From Octopus vulgaris (taxonomy: Eukaryota): a DNA stretch of 64,000 bases. Location: positions 96,844,001 to 96,908,000 of the forward strand of contig OX597816.1 of assembly GCA_951406725.2 (NCBI GenBank), written 5' to 3'. Each line of letters opens with the position of its first letter. Position 1 is the stretch's first letter. Below, piece after piece: positions 27,515 to 38,238 of this stretch. The notes beneath the pieces are model-generated. The model was not told the origin of the DNA. It saw nothing but the letters and a program-made list of their open reading frames with translations, and did not search any database. Made by a program: the position numbers and the translations under genes.

Positions 27515-27670
27515 GCATATATATTATGTATGGTTAAAATATTCACTTCACGACCACATATGGCTTTGGTTTGATCCCACTCTATGGTATCTTGGGCAAG
27601 TGTCTTCTGATGTAACCTCAGGCCAGCCAATACTTTATGAGTGAAATCTGGTATATAGTAACTATGCAGA
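27515..27670 (+). mobile_element. Degenerate SINE family B head
   Basis: atcccactctatggtatcttgggcaagtgtcttct...caggccagccaatactttatgagtgaa. Confidence 0.6.
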
Positions 27671-27789
27671 AACTTTAAAATAAAGAGCTAGTTCAATGTT
27701 TATATGCAATGTTTAAACTAATTTTAAGCTATACTTTTATTTTTAATTTTCAATCTTAGTTCTAAGAGATAGTTATTTACATACAACAG

Positions 27790-28660
27790 CCATCATCATT
27801 ATCTTCACTGTTTAACGTCAGTTTTCTATGCTGGTATGGGTTGGAAGGTTTGACTGGAGACTAGCAAGTCAAGAGACCGCACCAGACCCCAATTTGATCT
27901 GGCAATGTTTCTACAGCTGGATGCCCTTCCTAACCCAACCACTCCAAGAGTGTAGTGGATGCTTTTTACGTGCTACCAGCATAGGAGCTAGTCATGTGGC
28001 ACTGGCATTGGCCACGTTTGGATGGTACTTTTTATGTGCCACTGGCACAGGAGCCAGTTGGGAATCTGATAGATTCCATGGTGTGCATAAAGGCTTTGGA
28101 TTTGATTCAAGGAATGAGAAGGGAACAAGGCTGCTAAAGTTCTGTAATGCTAATGGACATGATAATCTTCAGACAAGAAAATCAATAGCTAAGTGACAGA
28201 CTTGAAAAGTCTGTAAGAATGGGGGCAGCCAAGAATTTTACCATGTAGCTTGAAGGAAAGTTAGGTGATAGGTTTACTTAGTAAGGAGAAAAGTAGAACA
28301 GGAGATTTGCCAATGTTCTATGATGTGAGAGTCAGAGGCATGAATTGTTCCACTCTGCAAGACAGGGTTCTAAAGAGAATTGTCATATTGTAAATGAGAA
28401 GTGTGTATAGATGGATGATGGTAGTGCTACATGAGAAAAAGAGACTCTTCCCAAGATGGAGCAAATAGAAAGATCAACCACTCTAGTATGATATATAAAG
28501 CAATTAAAGATATGAAAGCAGAGAAAATTCCTGTTTCATCAGAAGTTACTGCTGAGATGCTTAAAACATCTGGCAGAGTAGGATATGGAAAAGTCACTCA
28601 TATAGTCAATTGTGTTGTACTGGAAGGTCTCATAAACAATGACTGGTGTAACAGCATGTA
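27790..28660. mobile_element. RTE remnants: 3' end (minus, 27790-28060) joined to an endonuclease/RT-region fragment (plus, 28060-28660)
   Basis: RTE terminal motif, then RFHGVHKGFGFDSRNEKGTRLLKFC and AIKDMK..VTAEMLK..NDWCNS. Confidence 0.7.
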
Positions 28661-28939
28661 AAAGTTGAATCAAATGTTGAAGTGGTATACAATAAGCAAA
28701 TTCAGTGTAGTATAGCATCAGGTGAAACAATTAGAGGAAAATAGAGTTGGACAATTACGATGAATGATGAGTTTTGAAAGCTTGACTAGCTACCCAAAAA
28801 GACTTAAAGTTGATGTTCCTAAAATATAATAATTTAAGGAATTCCCAATAGTACATTCATGAAACATGATCCACAATTTCACATTTCTACAAAGGTTTGA
28901 ACTCAGGAGAGAAGTGAAGTTGAAGGGATGAATTAGAAT

Positions 28940-29174
28940 ACCTATTTCTTTATTACCCACAAGGGGCTAAACACAGAGAGGACAAACAAGGACAGACATA
29001 GGTATTAAGTCGATTACATCGACCCCAGTGGGTAACTGGTACTTAATTTATCGACCTTGAAAGGATGAAAGGCAAAGTCGACCTCGGCGGAATTTGAACT
29101 CACAACGTAACGCAGACAAAATACCGCAAAGCATTTCGCCCGGCGTGCTAACGATTCTGCTAGCTCGCCGCCTT
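28940..29174 (-). mobile_element. Young full-length SINE family A
   Basis: Head aaggcggcgagctagcagaatcgttagcacgccgggcg, B-box-like gagttcaaattcc, core gtcgactttgcctttcatcc. Confidence 0.9.
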
Positions 29175-29737
29175 ATTAGTCTGATATCTTGAAACTGTAT
29201 TCATTGATTTATAAGAAAGCAAATATTAAACTATTTAGGGTACTTGTCTATTGTCGTGGTCCCGGTTTCGGACATGCGAATTCACGCGCGCGTGCGCGCC
29301 AGACATAGATACTCGATACTCGAGATCCTACGAGGTGACTTGCGCATGCGCAGTGCAGAATTCGCGCATGCGCGTTAACCCCCCCCCCCCCCAAAAAAAA
29401 GGTGTTGGATTTCACTAAAAGTATATGTGTGTGTGTGTGTGTGTGTATATATAACATTTTCAATTTTACACAAAAAAATTACATAGTCGCTTTCCTCGCG
29501 GATTTACAGATAAATGAATTAATTACTATTTTACAGAATAAAATTAATGAATTAATTATATAAATTAAATAATTCTTGAAAATTAATTAATATTAATAAT
29601 ATTTTTTGAACAAAGTAAATAATTTATAAAACTTGGTTAATAATTTTTTTTACACAAACGCGAACGTATATAATTTGTGAAACTTTTTTTTTTTACAGAC
29701 GTATATAATTTGGTAAACTTAATGAATTAATTTCTTC

Positions 29738-30157
29738 TCATCATCATCATCGTTTAACGTCCGTTCTCCATGCCAGCATGGGTTGGACGGTTCGACCGGG
29801 GATCTGGGAAGCCAGAAGGCTGCACCAGACTCCAGTCTTATCTGGCAATGTTTCTACAGCTGGATGCCCTTCCTAACGCCAACCACTCCAGAGTGTAGTG
29901 GGTGCTTTTTACATGCCACCCGCACAGGTACCAGGCGAGGCTGGCAACGGCCACGGTCGGATTGGTGCCAGTCGAGGCGGCTCTGGCATCGGCCACGATT
30001 CGGATAGTGCTTTTTACGTACCACCAGTCCAGGGGTCCTGGCATTTGCCGGGTGCCACACTTGCCCCAACATGTCTTCGCAAGCAAAGGGGGTTGGCATG
30101 GGTGCCTGTTGTGGGATGAGGTTTGATATCAACTTCGCTTGCCTCAACAGGTCTTTG
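29738..30157 (-). mobile_element. RTE 3' UTR fragment in the left arm, running into the spacer
   Basis: (GAT)n tail, ccatgccagcatgggttggacgg, ggatgcccttcctaacgcc and cttgcctcaacaggtc. Confidence 0.88.
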
Positions 30158-30521
30158 TGTATAAATGTATAAATTTTTCGCACTAAATTCTTTCTGTAGA
30201 ATATATCAAAAAACGCACAAAATTATTCCGTAGAACTTATCAAATTAAAAAACGCAAAATTAATATATTTTTGAAATTGCAAATTATTTAGAATATAAAA
30301 CAAATGAAGTTAAATTTTAAAAATAAATGTCATATACTTATACTCTGTAAGGTGCTGTGTTCACACTTCAATTTACTATTTTCTAGAAATGTTGCTTTTC
30401 TAATTGAAACAATTTTTCTCAATCTCCATTTAAAAGTCCATAATGCCTCTTGAGACATATCAAAATGAACAACTTTGAATTACGCGGCGGCGGTGGTGGT
30501 GTGAGGTTCTAATTTTTTTTT

Positions 30522-30864
30522 CGAAGACATGTTGGGGCAAGTGTGGCACCCGGCAAATGCCAGGACCCCTGGACTGGTGGTACGTAAAAAGCACTATCCG
30601 AATCGTGGCCGATGCCAGAGCCGCCTCGACTGGCACCAATCCGACCGTGGCCGTTGCCAGCCTCGCCTGGTACCTGTGCGGGTGGCATGTAAAAAGCACC
30701 CACTACACTCTCGGAGTGGTTGGCGTTAGGAAGGGCATCCAGCTGTAGAAACATTGCCAGATAAGACTGGAGTCTGGTGCAGCCTTCTGGCTTCCCAGAT
30801 CCCCGGTCGAACCGTCCAACCCATGCTGGCATGGAGAACGGACGTTAAACGATGATGATGATGA
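30522..30864 (+). mobile_element. Mirror copy of the same RTE fragment in the right arm (shorter)
   Basis: Reverse complement of 29738-30079 with the same tail junction. Confidence 0.88.
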
Positions 30865-32973
30865 GAAGAAATTAATTCATTAAGTTTACCAAATTATATA
30901 CGTCTGTAAAAAAAAAAAAAGTTTCACAAATTATATACGTTCGCGTTTGTGTAAAAAAAATTATTAACCAAGTTTTATAAATTATTTACTTTGTTCAAAA
31001 AATATTATTAATATTAATTAATTTTCAAGAATTATTTAATTTATATAATTAATTCATTAATTTTATTCTGTAAAATAGTAATTAATTCATTTATCTGTAA
31101 ATCCGCGAGGAAAGCGACTATGTAATTTTTTTGTGTAAAATTGAAAATGTTATATATACACACACACACACACACATATATTTTTAGTGAAATCCAACAC
31201 CTTTTTTTTTGGGGGGGGGGGTTAACGCGCATGCGCGAATTCTGCACTGCGCATGCGCAAGTCACCTCGTAGGATCTCGAGTATCGAGTATCTACGTCTG
31301 GCGCGCGCGCGCGCGAATTCGCGTGTGCGAAACCGGGACCACGACAATAGACAAGTACCCTATTTAGTAATGATAATAATATTGATAATGTTGCAAAATG
31401 TAACTTTATTCATATGGTATTATAATGCCATTCTATTAGAGAAAACATAATAAATTCTAATAAAATGTGGACATTAAGTCATTATAGCAATCTAATTAGA
31501 TCATTTACAAGACATAAGAGATTATACTAGTGTATTCAGTAACATTTGGTTAAACTTATGAAATACTACACACTATAAACAGAAATTGAAGTCATCTACT
31601 ATATTTAAATTAACAAAGATTTACTTGCTATTATCAATTAAAGAGAAGCAAAAACAAGAGTCAAGTTGCAAGAATTTTTGTTTTACAATATCCGATTTGT
31701 CATCTCTATACTGAGTTCAAAATTTGATAGAGTTGGGGAGTTTGCTTTTCATTTTCTCATTCTTTTAGTAAATTATAAAGTACCAGTAATATCTTGAATT
31801 TCATTTAATTGGCTATAGCTCCCATCCCTTACAAAATTAGCTGCAAAGATTAAGATCACTGAACAAAATCGTAAATCAAATTTTAACTGTGGAGAAATAA
31901 ATTAGAGCAATAACTTATGCAAATTGACTTTCTCATAAAACATTTTTTTCTATGGCAATGAAAATTTACATTGCTACTGATAGAGGAAGTGTTCACCTTT
32001 GTAAGCATTCTATGAGTCAAAATTTTTTTTATTAGTTTCTGGTACTGAGCTTTAAAACTAACAAGGGACCATTTTACAGAGTTATGGGATCTTTAAAGCT
32101 TATTTACTTTAGATATAAAACAAAGACAATAAAATATTGTCATTAAGAAACAGTGCTTTCTCCACAATGTCGTATATTTAAAACGGTTGCATCACAACCA
32201 CATCAATTTCTAACAGTAAGCTAAAAAAATATTTCCCAATTAAAGAGTACCTACCGAAGTGTATAGATCTTTCATTAGGAATTTTAATTTAGCTTGCTGG
32301 CAGCACAAAAGAGGGTCACATTTTTTAGTCATTTGTAAAATATAGTATTGATAAGAATAGCCCGGCAGTCTACAAATACAGCTAAGGAAATAAGGAGAAA
32401 TATGGGATAAATGGATGAAGGGAGAAGAAAATAAAGCTAAAATGTAAATGTGGGAGTAAGAACAGAACATATACTGAGAGACACGTAGACATAGAGACTG
32501 TTACTAAAAGAGAGATAGCGAGAGAAAAATATGGAAAAAAAAAAGAAATGAAAGTTAATTCTGAGGGAGTGGAGGGAAATTCCAAGCAGACTGGAAGCTG
32601 TATCACAAGATTAAGAAATATGAGCAGATAATGTATCACTTAACCAAACAAAGAAAGCAAACCCAAACTATCAACCGATTATCCCAGGGATCTTAGACAT
32701 AAATACACAACCTTCTTGAAATAAGAGCTAAATCTCTTTTACGCCTTACTGTTTTAAAAAGGAGGAAGGACACAGGATAATGTAGCTCTAGATATGCAAA
32801 ATAACAAAATGGTCAAAGCTGGAATGCTGTTGATGAAGACAATGTTGATCAGTACATTTGTGTGCAATTTGAACACACACTTATAAAAGATGTAAGTATG
32901 TGTGTAGTTGATTTCTGGGTCCTCGTATTTGATTGTGAATTATAAAAATGCAGAACGTACCGGTTTTTCCTAC

Positions 32974-33560
32974 CTGACTTAATCTAAAATCAAAGCCATG
33001 CCTTTAAACATGGTTTCTTGATTCTCTGACGCAGCTGGAGAGGATAGAATAACATAGAATAAACAATATTTTTGCAATATATTAAACGAAACATTTTTCT
33101 TATTTTAAATCACGTTATTGTTCATGAATACCCACCTTTTCAACTTGAAAGAATCTAACCCTTTGAAATAAAAATCTTGTGATAAAATTTTAAGGGAAAA
33201 TAAGGTAGAAAAATCTCTGAACTCACACAACATTTTATCTTCCTGTCGGGACGACGCCAATCATAAAGCAGACGATAGAGTTTCCGTTGCTATTCGGAAG
33301 CTTTAGTTTTATTTTCCGCCGTAACTGTCTGTAAAGATGGTTCATGGCTTGACTTATTTTTAAAATTTTATTTTTCGTTCTGCTTTGGTTGTCCAGGATA
33401 GCAATGATTCATCGATAGTTTCGGCGATGTTTCGCTTGAAAAAAAGAAATATTGAAGCCATGAACACCCATCGGTAAAAGGGTACCAAGTTATTTTCATC
33501 TTCTGCTTTTTCTTTCTCCGGCAAATTCTATCCGATTAACATCACTGAATACGAATCGAC
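32974..33560 (-). promoter_or_regulatory. Candidate promoter and 5' non-coding exons of the minus-strand gene
   Basis: Non-repeat CpG cluster with gccaatca near 33256. Minus-strand donor |gtgagt at 33226, and a 61-nt exon 32974-33034 with ttattctatcctctccag| and cag|gtagga. It coincides with the CpG-density transition. Confidence 0.4.
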
Positions 33561-33718
33561 ATTTAAAAAATTGGTTTCAAATTTTTGCTCAAGGCAAGAC
33601 CAACGAATCGAATTTTGATTGTTTGAATTCTTTTCTTTTAATTATTTTGGCCACCACCTCACCTCTGAGAGAACTCAACTGTCCGTAACTTTACCGGGGA
33701 TCGAGTCTGATTTATATA

Positions 33719-33905
33719 TATTTCTTTACTATCCACAAGGGGCTAAACATAGAGGGGACAAACAAGGACAGACAAAGGGATTAAGTCGATTACATCGACC
33801 CCAGTGCGAAACTGGTACTTAATTTATCGACCCCAAAAGGATGAAAGGCAAAGTCGACCTCGGCGGAATTTGAACTCAGAACGTAACGGCAGACGAAATA
33901 CGGGG
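33719..33905 (-). mobile_element. 5'-truncated young SINE family A with 14-bp TSD
   Basis: gtctgatttatata at 33705-33718 and 33906-33919; intact core. Confidence 0.9.
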
Positions 33906-34700
33906 GTCTGATTTATATAATCTCTATAGAGTTAGGAAACAATGATTTAAAAAGCAAAAAATAAATTTTCTAATAACCCCCACCCCTTTTCGTCCAATCT
34001 TTGCCAGTAACCGGCCGTCATTTTTTTTATTTCTGAAGTTTTTGGCGATTGTTTTATATTTTTTTATTTTTGAATTATATGTAACAGACTCCAATTCTGC
34101 AAGTAAAAGTTAGTTGTTCACAAGCTCAAACTTTTTGTCATGACTGAGGTACCTATTTCGGATCCGCCCAACCATCTTTTTCATTACTATCTCATGATAG
34201 TTCAATTAGTATTTTCTTAAGACGTAATTTGTGTGTTGCTTGATCGCGATTTTTTATTTTTTAATCAGTTTCATGTGAAGAAAAAAGCACATGCCGACAT
34301 AAATATACAACACAGTTAGCCAGAATGAAACGAGTTAAAAAGCATAAAACTTCATATTAAAATTAAATACCTCCTTCACTAGTATAACATTAAAATCTTA
34401 TACCAAACACTAACATTTAATATCGTAATTTCACCATACATACATGTACGTGTGAGTTGGTATTATGTATCTAGTCATCTATTTAAATTGAAAACACAGC
34501 AAGTGAAAGCGTACACTAACATTTTGTTTTTTCGCTCGGCATTGTGTAATACGCGAGACAGGAGGTTGAGAATACGAATCCAGAAAAAAAGTTACGTTCC
34601 GTCCTTGGTTGCCCATCACCTATGGAATATGCATGACCACCACCATGAAAAACAATGCTCGTACTAATAACTATTGGGATGACAGGAATAAGCTACTCAA

Positions 34701-34931
34701 AGGCGGTGAGTTGGCAGAAACGTTAGCACGCCGGGCGAAATGCTTAGAGGTATTTCGTTTGCCGTTACGTTCTGAGTTCAAATTCCGCCGAGGTCGACTT
34801 TGCCTTTCATCCATTCGGGGTCGATTAAATAAGTACCAGTTACACACTGGGGTCGATATAATCGACTTAATCCGTTTGTCTGTCCTTGTTTGTCCTCTCT
34901 GTGTTTAGCCCCTTGTGGGTAGTAAAGAAAT
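34701..34931 (+). mobile_element. Full-length SINE family A with ~17-bp TSD
   Basis: aggaataag(c/t)tactcaa at 34684-34700 and 34932-34948. Confidence 0.92.
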
Positions 34932-36044
34932 AGGAATAAGTTACTCAAGCTCGTCGGTCATTGCCATCCCTCAATTTGGCATGTCATAGAATAGTTCCAG
35001 TGTGAACAAGCGACAGTGAATACAATTATCCGGCTACATGCTGTTGGTAATCATTTCAAGGAAGTCGTCGTCGGTTCTATGTACTGCTACAAGAACGAAA
35101 ATTGCACACTTGTATGTTGCTCGATGGGAAAACCATTACTGTCAGTTTCTTGGAGGAGTTGGCTTGAATATTCGTCTTAATCATCAGCTTTAAAAATATT
35201 GAAGATACATATGTTGTTACGATCCAATGTAAGGAGTTTTCATTATGTACATATCATGTATTGTTAATAAATGTCTGAAATTTTTGTTTCGTTATGTAAC
35301 TTTGCTTAAGAAATTGAATAAAAGTTTTTTCATGTGTAATGCCATAATATATAGTGTACAAGTTTATGTACTGTCAGTTTATTAATGGTTTTAAATATTT
35401 TTGCTCATATTATCTAAGTAAAATATGACTTTTTCCTAGCTAATTTTTCTCTGTGACAATTTTCCGAATACCTCTATCAAACCTTCTCTCGAAAACTAAG
35501 GAGGGTATATCAATTCTTTTTTTTTCTTTCATTCAGGACCACTATTTTCTACACGCTGAAGGCACGTTATCTTTTTTTATCTTGTTCAGCTCAACCTGTC
35601 TTCAGGAGGTTAGCACGTTGTCAGATTTGATTTTAGTGAGATGTAAAGAGATTGATTCCGCCTTCCTGATCAGTTATGAGTGAATAAACAAATATGTGTC
35701 GTTCGGACTTAGGTACTGAAAGAATTAAGTGCCTTCACATAATTATGTCCGGATATTTATTTTCCCTTTCACTCAGTATAACGGAATATTATCACCTGTT
35801 ACTTTAACCGGAAATTTTGTTCGGCTAAAGGTTGTCACCAAACATTTCACTTTGAAAGACGCTACTGTACATGGTTCAACATAAAGGAGAGTAACGCAAG
35901 TATGTGTGCTTGCTAAATTTAAGAATAACAACGAAATATATACTGATTGGGGAACTCAGTACTGCAGTAGGGCAAAATTTATTGCAAAATTCAACCTGGC
36001 CGGTTAAATAAACTGTCAGATGAATTTAATGTAGTTGTGAACAC

Positions 36045-36071
36045 GCGCACATACATACATACGTATGTACG

Positions 36072-36102
<31 letters not shown>

Positions 36103-36232
36103 GTACCCACGTACGTACGTACACACGCACGTACGCACACACGTACGTAAATATATATGTACATACAAACAGCCATCCACCCACCCACCCATACATACAC
36201 ACATCCATACATACATCCATCCATACATACAT
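36045..36232. repeat. Compound (CATA)n/(CGTA)n/(CATC)n microsatellite
   Basis: Directly visible. Confidence 0.9.
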
Positions 36233-36462
36233 GCAAGAGAAATGGAAACTGGAGACAAACGCACAAGATGTTATTTAAATCATTTATCTCACCAACAACT
36301 ATTTCTCGGTGGGGTATTAAACTGTAGTTAGGCCTTTTTCAATAAAAGTTAAAGTTAACGGATTAACGTTAACTTCCGTTACCTTTTCAAAGAATTAACG
36401 GGCTAATGATTAACGAAGTTAACTTTCGATTAATGGTATCCACCTCTGAATATATATATATA

Positions 36463-36975
36463 CTAGCAGTATCGCCCAGCGTTGCTCGGGTTTGTAAGGG
36501 AAATAACTATATAAGCATTTTTAGAGAGTTACTTCCCTTATAGATGCCAATTCGGGCTTTCTTAGCCATTTCTGTTTTGGTGTCTTCAAGCCATGAAGTC
36601 GTTGTTCTAAAAGAACGCTGGTCTCCTTGACAACGCTTTACGACGTTGGTTTCCTTACACTCCCTTCCCCACAGCTTCACGAGGGAGGGAAGAAGGGGGA
36701 GAAGCAAACAGGTGCAGGTGTGACCATGGACGCCAACTCCGCCGCCATCGACACACGAAAAATTATGCATTAAAATGGAATAAAAAATGATGTTAAATTA
36801 TTTTTAAAATCGTAGACTCATTGTAGAGGCGCGCTAATACTCAGACGGGCTCGATATGAATCACGACTATAAGATACCCGAATTTGGTTAAACTGCACCG
36901 CAAAATGTGGGAGTAGTTAGGAATCTAAATCGAAGGGGACAGACACTCACACAACTACAGTTTTATATATATAGT
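36463..36975 (-). mobile_element. Non-autonomous Helitron (~510 bp)
   Basis: Minus strand runs ctatatatataaaactgtag... to the hairpin cccgagcaacgctggg and CTAG|t. Inverted homolog of 37722-38238. Confidence 0.85.
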
Positions 36976-37721
36976 TGCAAATTGAGATAGGGGTTGTAAA
37001 TGTAACCCTCCATGGGATAACATATCCAATATACTGCCAGTGAAGTACCCAACAAAGTTAATACATAAATGTTAAGAATTGCGATGCAATTAATTCATTT
37101 ACTGTATTAATGGGCAAAAGTAAAATGTTTTACCACAAATTCATAATACAAAATAAGAAAATGGAGAAATACATCCAAATCAAATATCAACTACCAGATA
37201 ATACCCAATCACATACTTTATTAAACCACCACATAAGAAACTTGAAGTCCAAACATAATAATATATGACAAGACAGTGTACATAATTGTGATTGTATGTG
37301 GTTGTTACTTTTGACTGTTTCTTCTTAATAAGGATAATTGATTGATAACGAATCTTAACACAGTATATATACAATTTCAAGTGGAATCGGACATCATAAT
37401 AGAGAAAAAGAGAAAGGAAAGAAGAGAGACAGCATAACGACGGTTTTGATTGACTGTCATCCTGTACTCTCCTTATTGCTAGCCAAATGGTATGTGCCGG
37501 CTGTTGGAGCAAATTCGTTGCTTTTAATGGCGGAACAAACAGGACAAAAAGATTACAAAAATAGCGATTCTCACTTTGAAACAAACAATTTTGAAAATTT
37601 TTTTAGATTACGGAATGTCCTGCTCTCTCATGTATCCATGTTTAAAATTTCAGCGCGATCGGATGACCAACACTCGAGTTATAAGCGCACAAACAGACAG
37701 AACGGATTTTATATTATATTA

Positions 37722-38238
37722 TCTATATATATAAAACTGTAGTTGTGTGAGTGTCTGTCTCCTACGATTTAGATTCCTAACTCCTCCCACATTTTGCGGT
37801 GCAGTTTAACCAAATTCGGTTATCTTATAGTCGTGATTAATATTAAGTCCGTCTGGCTATTAGCGCGCGTCTACGATGAGTCTACGATTTTAAAAATAAT
37901 TTAACATCATTTTTTATTCCATTTTAATGCATAATTTTTCGTGTGTCGATGGCGGCGGAGTTGGCGTCCACGCTCAAACACCTGCACCTGTGTTTGCTTC
38001 TTCCCCTTCTTCCCTCCCTCTTGAAGCTGTGGGGAAGGGAGTTTAAGGAAATCAACGTCGTAAAGCGTTGTCAAGGAGACCAGCGTTCTTTTAGAACAAC
38101 GACTTCATGGCTTGAAGACACCAAAACAGAAATGGCTAAGAAAGCCCGAATTGGCATCTATAAAGGAAGTAACTCTCTAAAAATGCTTATATAGTTATTT
38201 CCCTTACAAATCCGAGCAACGCCGGGCGATACTGCTAG
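37722..38238 (+). mobile_element. Non-autonomous Helitron (517 bp)
   Basis: a|TCtatatatataaaa 5' end, subterminal hairpin ccgagcaacgccgg, CTAG|t 3' end, no TSD. Confidence 0.9.

Larger units (their letters stand above)
29239..31359. mobile_element. Non-autonomous foldback DNA transposon (Merlin-like ends), ~840-bp inverted arms, 8-bp TSD
   Basis: Arms 29239-30079 and 30522-31359 are near-identical reverse complements. Ends are GGTACTTGTC...GACAAGTACC, flanked by ctatttag at 29231-29238 and 31360-31367. Confidence 0.88.

Noticed and set aside
35991-36331. Long ORFs such as [14 protein letters not shown] and LLLLL here and at 41.9, 45, 55, 58-62 kb
   Set aside because: Stop-free translations of microsatellites.
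36330-36448. gttaac-rich hAT-MITE-like end (ccacctctg)
   Set aside because: Only one end is visible and there is no TSD; too weak to call.
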